A DNA stretch of 59,266 nt, counting the filler, from Sphacelaria rigidula (taxonomy: Eukaryota): NCBI GenBank assembly GCA_964200075.2. It is 8 parts of 8 records of this genome, joined end to end, with 100 filler letters (N's around TTAATTAATTAA, not from the genome) between each part and the next. Parts side by side here need not be neighbours in the genome. Positions count along the whole stretch, not along the records: positions 29,685 to 37,005 come from CAXNAA020015459.1; positions 37,106 to 44,426 come from CAXNAA020015460.1; positions 44,527 to 51,846 come from CAXNAA020015461.1; 5 more parts are not named here. One strand, written 5' to 3'. This document shows, piece after piece, positions 36,673 through 47,899 of this stretch. The position numbers and the translations under genes are program-made. Under the pieces are notes generated by a model, which was not told the DNA's origin, did not search any database, and saw only the letters and a list, made by a program, of their open reading frames with translations. Within the stretch, counting starts at the first letter, position 1; every line of letters starts with the position of its first letter.

Positions 36673-38732
36673 CTTGGGACGAACAGAAAAAGAAAGAAAG
36701 GAAGGAAGATCAAGGAAAAGGGGGAAAAAACAGGTAAGATGAAAGAAGGAATGACAAAGAAAATAAAAAAACGGAAAAAGAAAAATAGAGGAGATATTAA
36801 CAGGGGCGAGGGAGGCACGAGAAAGAGAGCAATTTCATTTAAGATCGATGTTTTCATCTGGATAATATTCGGGACACAGGAAAAGGAAAATATCTCACGA
36901 CGACCTTTCGACCCTTCAGCGCGACGCATTCGGAACAATATCGCTGGAGGGGGGGGGGGGGGGGGGGGGGAACTCATGATCAGGCATGCCGTGGTCATAA
37001 AGAACNNNNNNNNNNNNNNNNNNNNNNNNNNNNNNNNNNNNNNNNNNNNTTAATTAATTAANNNNNNNNNNNNNNNNNNNNNNNNNNNNNNNNNNNNNNN
37101 NNNNNCATGTCCTAAGAATTTGGATGTCAATAACCGAAATGTTGGGGTCCTACGGGAAAATCCAATTCCCAGTTGAACTCGGCCCCTCATGGTAGTCCCC
37201 CGACCAACCCACCGTCCTCAACGAAAGCAATTAAGGAATGAGCACGGGCAGGAGACCAAGATGGGCATTAGCTTATACCGGGTCGTGTTCATTGACTCGG
37301 GAGTTACCGGTGACAGTTGCGTTCGGACAAGATAGGCACCATGTCATGGGCTATATGAAGCCGGGTCGTCAGAGTCAAGGTGCATTGCTTATTCAGGCTT
37401 TTGTTCCGTATGCGCACATAAAGTTAACCTTGATTCGCTTTTTTTAGCTCAACCCTTTTGGGACCGGAGCCCCACTAACACAGGGTTGACCCTGTGTCAG
37501 TGAAATAATCAAAAATAAGTCTTCGAGCAACCTGCCCAATCACGGCGAGGCTGAATCTATCGACCAGACTCAAACGACCAGCGTGAGGATTGTTGTCGAG
37601 TGTGATGCCACTGCAAAGCTCGTGCGGGGGCCCTATCCCTGGCCCAGATAAGCCTCTCCAGGTTTCGAAGTGCAGGGTGGTCGCGGCTTGGTTTCATGGT
37701 ACTACTTGCACTCAGTATACCGTTCCCGAATCTTCCCGGGGTGAGTTCTGGGTCCCGATTCTATACTCAAACGTAGTATTTTACACTAACACAGGGTGGA
37801 CCGGAAAAAAACGGGAGAGAGAGTACATGCCACCATGTGATCATTTTACGAGGCACAAAATCCAGGTGGGCTGTGGGAAGACATAAGGACCTACCGTCAT
37901 GAATTCTGCGTATCCCTCTGCGGATGACTTGCAGTGTGCAGTCCACATGTATTGTGTGGACGGGGATGACAAAGCTGTATATAGGCGGCTGATTTCGGTA
38001 GCTGAGAATTGCCCAGAACGTGCAAGGGAGTGTGTAACAGAAGCTGCTGCTTCAGTTGGAGAGGCGTACTAGACTGTCCTGTACCATACTGTCATATGCA
38101 TGCGCGCCGCAACGCTGATACCGTTCGAAGGGAATTTGCCGCATGCAACGAGGTGGGAAATGGCGGCCCACCCCGACCACAAAGGACTGTGTGTCAAGGT
38201 GATGACGACAAAAGTATCATCCAAAGCCATATGTAACGGGCGGCCCGCCGGACGCCGCATCCTGTTGGGAGCTCTTCACGGAAGGTAGTCAAGGCAAACG
38301 ACACGGAACAAGATTCCATACGGTAATTGTGGTAAGTGACGGGGTTGGGGGGGCGGTGTGTCCTTCATCTCAGCGATCTCCCTGCCAAGGATCTGTGACG
38401 CCAGCAGGTCGCTAGTACTGCAGCGTCTAAATGCTGTTGAGGGACTACCCAGTTCCACTGGCCTCAAGGTCTCAGTTGTTACCCTTCACAACACCTTATC
38501 ATTACCGGAGTGCCTCCCATGGCACATACGCTCCATAAATCACATCGGGGTAACACCCCTGTGTCCATGTCATCATCCATCTTGTCACTACAGATCCCAA
38601 GTCATCATCCAATCATCACCATCTACTCAACGTGAAGGCGTGATTTCGTCACAGTACCCCAAAAGAGCGTTGGACGAGAACCGAGCAACAAGCTTGACAC
38701 TCAGAAAAATAACGCCGAAACGATTGAGCAAG

Positions 38733-40770
38733 TCACAACTGAATCCCAAACTTACGCGTAATGCGAGCAGCAATGGAATGAGTCACTCGCACCTTACGCA
38801 ACTCCTTCTTGAGAAATCCCGGAGCGGCCTCAAGAATATTTTCGAAAGGCTCCCACGTACGCTCCGCGACTTCGAAACCTACCCAGTCGACCAACACGAT
38901 CAACGAACGATCCTCTGCCTCTGCCACGCGAACAATCCCCGCCATCTGAAAAGATCCTGTTGAAAGCGTTCTGAAACACATCCTCACGTCTGCCGTGACA
39001 TTAAGCTGCGAGTTTGCATAAAAACGCAGACGAGCTACATGAGCGGTCTGAACACGACCCGGAACAATGTTTTGGATCTCAAACACATGCAGGGGATGAG
39101 CACCAATTACTCTCCACGGACCAATCCATGTCGCCAGCAATTTTGGCGTAAGTCCCGGGCGACGCACGCGTGCACACAAAACGTAATCGCCTACTTTGAA
39201 ATTCGGCAATTCCAACACCGACGAAGACCCCTCACGTCTACGCGCACGTTCAGCGGCAACACGCTCCTGCACTTGAACGTGGAAACGTTCCTGCAACTCG
39301 AAAACCCCTTGCAACGCACGCTTCAGTTGCGCATCGTCTGAGACATCACATTTCCACTCCCCCGCCGACGAGGACGCCAACACCGAGAAAGACGTCCAAG
39401 GTGCACGACCAAACATCACGTAATACGGCGTGCTATCGTACCGACGGCGATATGCTGTAATCAGCGCCTATCGCACAGCGGGCAACACGTCCACCCTAAT
39501 CGAATTTGCCGGCACCAATTCACCCGAAAGTTATCATAAAGTTGCGTTGTACCTCGGGTGGACAACGGGTACAGACGGTCAGATAAGGGTACTACGGACG
39601 GTAAATTAGCGGTGAATTAGCAGAGGAACTCGGTGTGCCATGAAGCAATGATCTTGTAACTTGGTACATGGGAAAGCTGGAGTATGGTCGGCTACTAGCC
39701 TGAGATGTGGACGATGGATAAAGCTAGATGTGGACTACTAATAAGGTTAAGAATGTGGCCTATGGTGAGACTAGCATATGGTCTATGAAGGACTTTGAGG
39801 TGCGTTTTACGGTTGTGATCTGAGGACAAGCAATGTTGGAAATTCTCGTTCTTGCGTACGGGGCAGCGGAGGTGATCACCACCCCGTTCACTCTACTCTC
39901 TCTACTAGGTCTCCAGCTTTCATCATCAAGTATAACTGGATTTCTACACCGGTGTGTGAGTCCTGGATTTTGTGCGTACTGAGTGTTGAAGCGGCATAAT
40001 AATAAATCAAGTGCGTGTGTGTTTCGTGAATCAACAGATACTCTATGTTGCCATCTGTTTTTGGATGAAAGGCCATTGCAGTGATCGCTCACGTAGCACC
40101 CTGCTACAAAGCATGATTGCCTGTGCAATATTTGCACACGTAGCTCCCCGCTAAAAAGCAGGGAAATGCACCTTTTGCTCTTACACCCCCTCGGTCACCT
40201 CTCGACGCTGCTCGAGAAGAATAGATCGAAGAGCGCGAACTACTTCCTTTACCATGCGTTCGCACGTACCGTTAGACCACGGAAAATACGCTACCCCAAA
40301 CTGGTGATCAACACGCAAAGCCTCTTGCAATCGGGCCAACATTGTATTCTTGAAATGCGTGGCGGTATCACTCACCCACACACGCGGCACCCCCAAAGGT
40401 TTGCACCAATTCAGCAAAGATGCAGCAGCTGATTCAGCACTACACACTGCTACTGGTTCCAGAGGCGCAAAGTTACCCAAATCATCCATGATTACCAAAC
40501 TGTATCGGAACCCAGCATCCTCCGACAAACCTTGGGAAGCTAGCGGTCCACTCTCGCCCACGTACTAGAAGTAAAAAAGAACGACTTCATTCGGCGTGGT
40601 CCCATGGGCGGTTTCACCGAGCGGGCCGGAAACAACATCGCCCGCCCGCGAGTCAGCACAGTGAAGACACTAGCGAACACTTTCGCGCACATGAGTTTCT
40701 ATCCCCTGCCAGACACAAAACTCTTGCAAGCGCACGAGTGTCGCAGCCACATCACGATACCCGGCGTCGC
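38733..40770 (-). pseudogene. Integrase (HHCC remnant, DDE core, GPY/F-like module, chromodomain), split by an insertion
   Basis: CLHCADSR; LVIMDD...WVSDTATHF...SNGTCERMVKEV; KLLATWIGPWRV; VLVDWVGFEVAERTWEPFENI. Confidence 0.88.
39497..40183. mobile_element. 687-bp nested insertion (solo-LTR-like) with TAA...TTA termini and 5-bp TSD CACCC
   Basis: CACCC at 39492-39496 and 40184-40188. Removing the insert and one TSD restores the integrase frame EVTEGVDVLPAVR. Confidence 0.8.
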
Positions 40771-40989
40771 GCATGTTACACGAAACATACCTTCAGAACT
40801 CGAACAGTGAAGGTCACGAACATGCACACGAAACATACCTTCATTGTCCAAGATAGCAGTACCAACATCCGACTCGAAAGATTGCGCACCCGCATCTTCG
40901 GCCCCAAGGTCTTTTCGTTGGGCCTGGCGGACAACCGATTTGGAGGGCACCGAGTCATCAGGTTCACACGGACCATACACAGTCACAGC

Positions 40990-42100
40990 GCGCACAGGCA
41001 TTCGAATTTCAATTGTAGATACCTGCATGACAAAAATACCCCAATAGCACTCAGATCCATACGGAAACATTGACACCTGACAATCAGGACGAGGATGGAG
41101 CAGCGTCACTGCATCAGCCACTAGATCCTTCGCTGCCGCCCACGCCTGCAGCCTGCCCTCCGTCCACGATGCAGCCTTCTTCGGAAACGCCATATCCGGA
41201 CTGGACCACCCTGCCTGCAATTTCCGTAACACCAACCCGAGCGCCAAAAAAGCCGGCATGCACAACGCCAACCAACTCGACTTCACTGCATCGTACCGCC
41301 GCGGCTTCGTCTTCGCCGCGGACGCCCCAAGTTTGAGCTGAACACGCATGAGCTCCACGCGCGGAGGGGGATCATCCCGCGGCGCACGACGAAACGCGTT
41401 GACGCGGCAATGCAATATACCGCGCAGGCGCTACGCTTTCGAGATGCTGAGGCTTTTCGCCCCAGCATCCGTCACGCTGTCCCCCAGCGCGACCTTCCGA
41501 GCGGACTCCTCTTCCGCCGGATCAATAAATATCTCCGGGCCGCGCTCTACCAAGCCTTTAACCGTCGCATCCCGCTCTTCGGTCACCTGCCCCCCCCCGC
41601 CTCCTGTAGAGCATCCACCGACAAGCGCGCTCTGCGACTGGCCAAAAAAGCAGTCGTCTCGACACTCGAACCGGACGACGGCATATGCGTTTATAGCTAC
41701 TCTAGCAGCCGATCATACGGATCGACTCCGAGTCCCCGAAGCGTCGGTAAGCCCAATAGAACGACACCATCCGTCCCCGGCATGATCGCAAACGATATCG
41801 GGGGTGATTTCGCTGGCCCCCAGGTAGTCCTGAACGCCAAGCGAATCGTACGCTCCGTGACATATATACATTGCCCCAATGCGGTGATGGCCTGCCGCGC
41901 CCCGAGCGAGAACGGAATGCGGATTTGCTTTCCAGGGAGTAGACGCTCCAGCATCTCCACAATCAGCACCGACACGGTCGTGAAAAGGGCGCCTGAATCC
42001 AACACAGCATTGACCGATATAGCTCCCCGCGCCCGTTGGTTTGGGAGATATAACTCTGCAGGAATATAGTTTTCTTGATCCTCGACCGGCGCCTGCTCCG
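40990..42100 (-). pseudogene. pol: Pol remnant: aspartic protease plus internally deleted RT/RNase H
   Basis: AVLDSGALFTTVS is the D-S-G protease motif. The RT start (KPRRYD...WSSPDMAFPKK) joins directly to WTEGRLQAWAAAKDLVADAVTLLHP; no YxDD is present. Confidence 0.8.
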
Positions 42101-42469
42101 CCAACTGATTTTTCGTGACCCCCACTTGGCGCCACGGCTGCGCGTGCGACGCAGGCATAGACGCCCCCGCTGGGGTCACTGTCACCGCCGGCGGGTAGGA
42201 AGCCCCGCCCGCAGAACCAAGTTGCAGTGGTTCACCGGCCGACGCGGCAGCGGATCTGAATTTCAGCTGAAATCTGGCCGGCTCAGCAGCAGGCGTCTCG
42301 CCTTGCTCTACTGCCGGCAGCGCCGGCACCGAGCCCGACACTAGAGGGATCGGTCCCACCTGCACCGCCCGTTGCGGAGCAGCAGCCCCCACGACTAAGC
42401 CGGACCGCCCGTTGCGGAGCAGCAGCCCCTACGACTAAGCCGGACCCAGAACCGGACCCCTGCTGCCCC

Positions 42470-42472
42470 TAT

Positions 42473-42512
<40 letters not shown>
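42470..42512 (-). repeat. (CAG)n polyQ-type microsatellite within gag; adjacent ~40-bp tandem duplication at 42364-42445
   Basis: (GCT)n run on the plus strand. ACCGCCCGTTGCGGAGCAGCAGCCCC.ACGACTAAGCCGG occurs twice. Confidence 0.85.
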
Positions 42513-42639
42513 AGGAACTCGACAATACACCTTCACCGCTGGATGACCCGCCTCCGCCACCACCCCGATTACCTTTTGCTCCGTTGTGATTGCGAGGACG
42601 CGCGGCACTTGTCTGCCCAGACTTCCCCTTGGAAGGCGT

Positions 42640-43446
42640 TGGGCACTTGCGTGCGTAGCAGCCTACCTGGCCACACTGAAATCAAGTGATATTGGCGGCG
42701 GCACTGCCTGCAGATTTCGATCCGCGGTAACGCGAGCTCGCAGACTGCGGCGACGAAGTTGATGATTCCACGAATACTTCAATCTTCCGCCATGCCTGAG
42801 TCTCAGTCACCATGGTATCCATAACTAAGTACGGTTCTGACTTCCAATTGGTTTCGTGCTGTAATTGCACAACCACGACCTGTTTGAATTCCGCCGGTGC
42901 CAGACCCTCCACCGTCGCTTTCGTGATCACCGCAGCGGGCCCTGGACGAAATTCCCCATCGGAGGAACGATAAACCATCTCGACGTTTGGACTTTCGGGA
43001 AAATATTTCTCCAACTTTGCCATGATTGTCTCCACCCTCTCACGCATGGTGTTCCCCTTGTGATTCATGGCGACAGCCTTCGCCACGACCGCGGACGCCT
43101 GGGTTAGCTCTACCTCAGCGCCCGCCGTATGCCATGCATGCTTCTTGATCACTGCAGCCAATTTCAGCGGCGTTTTTGTGTTCTTCTCATGGAATCTTCT
43201 CGCAAAAGTGTGTCGGAGGGGGGTAGGCACGTTTTGCGCCTTGGAAACCACCGGATGCCTTACCGCACCCCCCGCATTCGCATGCTTCATCCGCTTCTTG
43301 TACTCCACATATTTCGTACAAAACGAATGAGAAGTACACTCAGAATTCACGTTCCCGTAACTGGGAGGCCGCAACTCCTCTAGAAGAACAAGTGGGGTTA
43401 CAATTGCCTCCGCTGGCTCTTCGGTCGGTACTTCTATAGTCGACAT
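42640..43446 (-). pseudogene. gag: Gag-like ORF with degenerate zinc knuckle
   Basis: 254-aa ORF at the 5' end of the element, followed past a stop by FQCGQVGCYARKCP (decayed CCHC). Confidence 0.75.
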
Positions 43447-45522
43447 TTTCGAGCGGACCTAGTCAAAGGCTTCTGAACCTTCTCGAATTCCACACCTGCC
43501 TCCGTCGACGCATCACACAGCCGTGGGGTCTTCTAAACTCTCGCTGCACGCAGCTCCAGCAAGTCTCCAGTCTGGATCAATCATGGGCCAGCCGCCTTTA
43601 CAGCTACCTCAGCTTGAAACCTCCTTCTCACGCGTCCGTGAAGCAATATGTCCAAAGCTGTCCAGACTCCGTTCTCCCGAATAACTTCCAGCAGTCACTA
43701 ACGATACCACTACTGGCACGACTGGCACTATCGCTAATACCGATGTCATGACGCCAGCAGGTCGCTAGTACTGCAGCGTCTAATGCTGTTGAGGGACTCC
43801 CCTGCTCCACTGGCCTCAGGTTTCACTTGTTACCCTTCACAGCACTTTTTATTATCCTGGAGTGCCACACAAGCACATGCTCCATCAACCACATCAGGGT
43901 AACACCCCTGTGTCCGTGTCATTGTCCATATCATCACTACAGATCCCAAGTCATCCACCAATCATCACTACTATATACTCAACGTGACGGCGTGATTTTG
44001 TCACAGATCTCTGTACACGGCAGCTGACCACCACCGCCAACGTCTCAGCAATAAACTAAGAGACAGCAGGCTGGGTGCAACCCCCCTTCCCCCCCCCCCC
44101 CCCCCCCTAGAACTATACAAGGAGGAGCGGGATGTGCTAGAGGGCCAAATGCGGGTCGTGAATGAAGGTGGCGTGAAATCGCTTGATGCGTTAGGCAGTA
44201 GCGAGAAAAGGATGGTTATGCTAGGAGATGGGTGGTGGCCACAGACGGCGAAACAGGACGGGGATGGGAAAGGTAAAAGGTTTTTGTGCAATGCATGGAA
44301 AATACGTCATGAGCGCCACAACGTTGGAGGTAGCTCTATTAGGAGTAGGAACGGTGCTGTCTCGGCAGGGATGCGTGGTCAACGGTCAAACGACTAAGGC
44401 AAGCAATGAATGAGTACCAAAAGGCCNNNNNNNNNNNNNNNNNNNNNNNNNNNNNNNNNNNNNNNNNNNNTTAATTAATTAANNNNNNNNNNNNNNNNNN
44501 NNNNNNNNNNNNNNNNNNNNNNNNNNCAGAGGCGCGTCCTGTCCAAAAGGAGAGGCAGAGAGAAATCGATCTTCGCGTTGGCGACAGGCAAGAAGAGACG
44601 ACGGAATCTCTCCGCACGTCGATGTTCTGGCACAGGAAAAAATTGGCACATGCTGGTGTAATAACATCGATGATGCCAGTTTCTCAAGCGATTGGTAATC
44701 GCCGAGCGAGGACATACAAAGGACACGGGCGAGGAGCTTCTTCTCTGTCGTTGCTTCTCTCTCTGGCGATATCGTCATCGACAAGCGTGTACACCGCGTT
44801 CCTTAGGAGCACCTAGCCACAGCTGCTTCACTGCTGCGGACATTTGGGAGGGAAGATGGCTTCGCACGGTTGCAAGTGTTTCGCGTCTACCCTGCGAAAG
44901 AGAAACGCCACTTCAACCTCATTTTTTGTATGAACCCCATTTTCTAGGATCCACTATTAGTCAGTGTTGTGGGGGCGATCCGGAGCAAAGATCCAGTTTA
45001 TCTGGAGGGTGTTATTGACCGTGAATGACCCAAGAAACATAGTTTTCCGGCTTTAGCGCAGTGAATAAGTGGAATTAAAAAAATAATCCTCTTTGATTCT
45101 TGACTTATATGATCGGGATCTAGTCGGTCCACCGGAACTACCGAAAAGCTAGAACCTGGGGTTGCACTTTCGTAGGATCCCTGAAGATCGGTCAAGGCGG
45201 TAAGTCACTGAATATCGATCGCAGATATTTTTCCTTTCAATATTTGTCAAGAGGATCAAAATATCCCCAGATGCCGTTTTTTTGGCATCCAACAGTCACT
45301 GTGATGAGCGGTGGCAAGCGAAACAAAGTTGGAAAATCTTTGAGGAACTAAGAAATTACGAATTCTGCATACTTCTGACGCTGACTACTGTACACGGCGA
45401 AAGCTACATGTTTTCTACCTTCCCTTCATACGGAGTAAATCATGGGCACGCGTTATCTTCTTTAGTTTATGTGCGACGAATCATGTGTACGTGTCGCCCA
45501 ACGCTTGGTTCATTCGGTATTA

Positions 45523-46251
45523 TGTAGTCAGGCCTGGTCGCCTCCTTGAAGGTAGCCTCACTACACTTTTGCCCTGATATGTTCTCACGGACAGAGGCTC
45601 GAGCCGTATGTGCCTGGTTGCAATGCAGAGCTGTCAGTAGCGATCAACCCAAATCCAAACCACACTGCAGTAGTCCAATCCAGGTGTTCACAGAAATCAA
45701 TTATCTCCTTGTAGATTACAATACAAACCAGAGCTAATAGTTCCTTCCAACTATGAAGCGTACTCGTAAGGACTCACTTGGAACTCAGAGCGACGGTGGC
45801 TAAGGCTGATGGTGTTCGGTACCCGAGGTGGAGTGCTCTGAGAGGAGCTGAACGCAACTACATGGAATTGTCTTACCCCCGAATCATATCCCTACCTAAT
45901 CATGATATAGAATCGAAAAGCAGATGACAGGAATCCTCCATCCAACGAACGTCCCGGGAGCGCCATCTGTTGTGCACATGAACATTCCATGCGCAGACAA
46001 GACAATCAACCGTACAACTTGTATCTTGTATGAACTGCTTATTCCGAACATCGACTTGGATCTCCCGACAAGCTGGCATTCGTCAACGGCCAAATCAAAG
46101 ATTTATATCCAAACGTTGCTTTACTCCGAGGCATGTATGCCCGAGATTACAGATCCCGAGACCAGCCCCTGCAAATACCATGACGAGAGCCCACTCTGAA
46201 GCGTGAGTTTGCAGAAGCTCAAAGAGCTTCGAAGCCTCACGCTTCACCACA
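45523..46251 (-). mobile_element. Probable 3' LTR of the second Gypsy element
   Basis: Minus strand begins TGTGGTGAAG right after the purine tract GTGGGGGAT. The plus-strand end TGTAGTCAGG forms an imperfect terminal inverted repeat. No partner LTR in the contig. Confidence 0.5.
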
Positions 46252-47639
46252 ATCCCCCACACCACGAAAGGGGTAAAATAAAATAAAACAAAGAGCGACT
46301 GGGAATTCCCCTAGCCTGGCAAACAGCGGCCTTCAGCTTCAGCGCATGACCCACGCGGGTGCGCTAGTATCTAGTCTCTGGTCCACACAAAGGAGGTGCC
46401 TAGCCTGACAACTACGGCCTGCAGTATGGACACGTGACCCAGATGGTCAATTTATCAACTCACCAGCATAAAACATAACCTACCCTCTGCCGATAAGATC
46501 AGCGCGTGACCCGGACGGTCTTACGATCGAACATTCTGGAAACCCGTACAAAACAGGCTATTCCTAATGCAACGGGGACTGTAGTACCCACGGTCGAAAG
46601 ACACCAAGGGGGAGCGCAACACTCGCGGTAGGATTTCACTTTGATCGGTTTCAAGGGGCTCGCCAAGGCATCACGATGAAGCAGACATTACTTTCAACAT
46701 TGAGGTGGTGCATACAAAAACTCATACCGGTGTAAGGATCGACGAGAGAGCTCGCGGTGTAGGATTTAGGAGCGGCAGCAGTGGCCGATTGAAGCTCCAG
46801 GACGGTGAAGCGATAATCGCCGCGCGACGCGTACTGAGGAAGCCCGGGGGATCGGTCCTCCGTTTTCGCACACACCGACAAACAAAATCCACAGTTGTCA
46901 TACACAAAAACGTGACAATTTGCTGACGGAGCTCTTGGGGTAGCGGTCATCCGTTGGTACAAATGTCGAACACACAGCCGGTTATATGAAGTAATACTCA
47001 CTGAGAAAACCCTTGTTGTAACGGTCAACCGTTTTCGCAAATGTGGGGCTGAAAAGAAGGACGGGCCGTCTCGGGTCCGACAGGCCCCTATTATAGAACC
47101 GCCTGTGCTGGAGGCTTCCGTGAAGGTCGGAGAGATGCAGGAACAAAAACAAGGAAAAACAAAACAATGAACAAGAGAAGAAGGCGGCTGAGACCCTCAC
47201 AGCTTGCAAGGAGCGACTGGTAGTGAGTGCTTCGGCACAGAATGGATGGCAGTGGAGGGAAAGACTACAATGTGGTCTCAGTTCTCCAGAAATGTCAAGC
47301 CAAACGAGGACGGAAGGGTAAAGCTGCGGAATATTCGAAACTCACAACTCCATACAATGAGCAGACACACGTCCTCAAATACTTCACCAGGTCACCAATT
47401 TCACGTGGGTTGTTGGATGTAAAACCTCAATGTGAGGTCTTCACAAATACCGTACGGTGGGCTATGACAGTTGGGCCAGCCAACTGTCGAAACGGAAGAA
47501 AAACACTCGGTGCAATGTGCTTGGATTACCTTGTCTTGGAACATAAACGTGTTTGAGCAAAGGCACCACAGTTCCAGTACCACATCAACCCGACCTCCCA
47601 CATGCGGAGCAGCTCCAAAAGGGCATGGAGACGCGACCA

Positions 47640-47782
47640 TTCACACACACATACACACACATACGCACACATTGACATACACGCAGACACGCAGACGCAC
47701 ACATACACCCACACACATGCACACAGACACATACACGCATACACACATGTGCGCATACACACATACACCAACACACCCACAG
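47640..47782. repeat. Degenerate (CA/TA)n microsatellite
   Basis: CACACACATACACACACATACGCACAC... low-complexity tract. Confidence 0.85.
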
Positions 47783-47899
47783 CAACAAAAAAAGGGGGTG
47801 AATGCGGCCATGATGTGGAAGCAGCTAGGCGACGCTGTACGGGGAGGTAGGACAGAATGCATCAAGACTCGTCTTCCTTCCATGAATTGTCGGTATTCC

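Larger units (their letters stand above)
38394..44005 (-). mobile_element. Decayed Ty3/Gypsy chromodomain LTR retrotransposon with both LTRs (38394-38653 and ~43747-44005) and 4-bp TSD GATC
   Basis: ~260-bp direct repeats ending GTCACA, the left one starting TGTGACG. GATC on both flanks. Internal order gag-PR-(RT/RH remnant)-IN-chromodomain. Confidence 0.92.
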
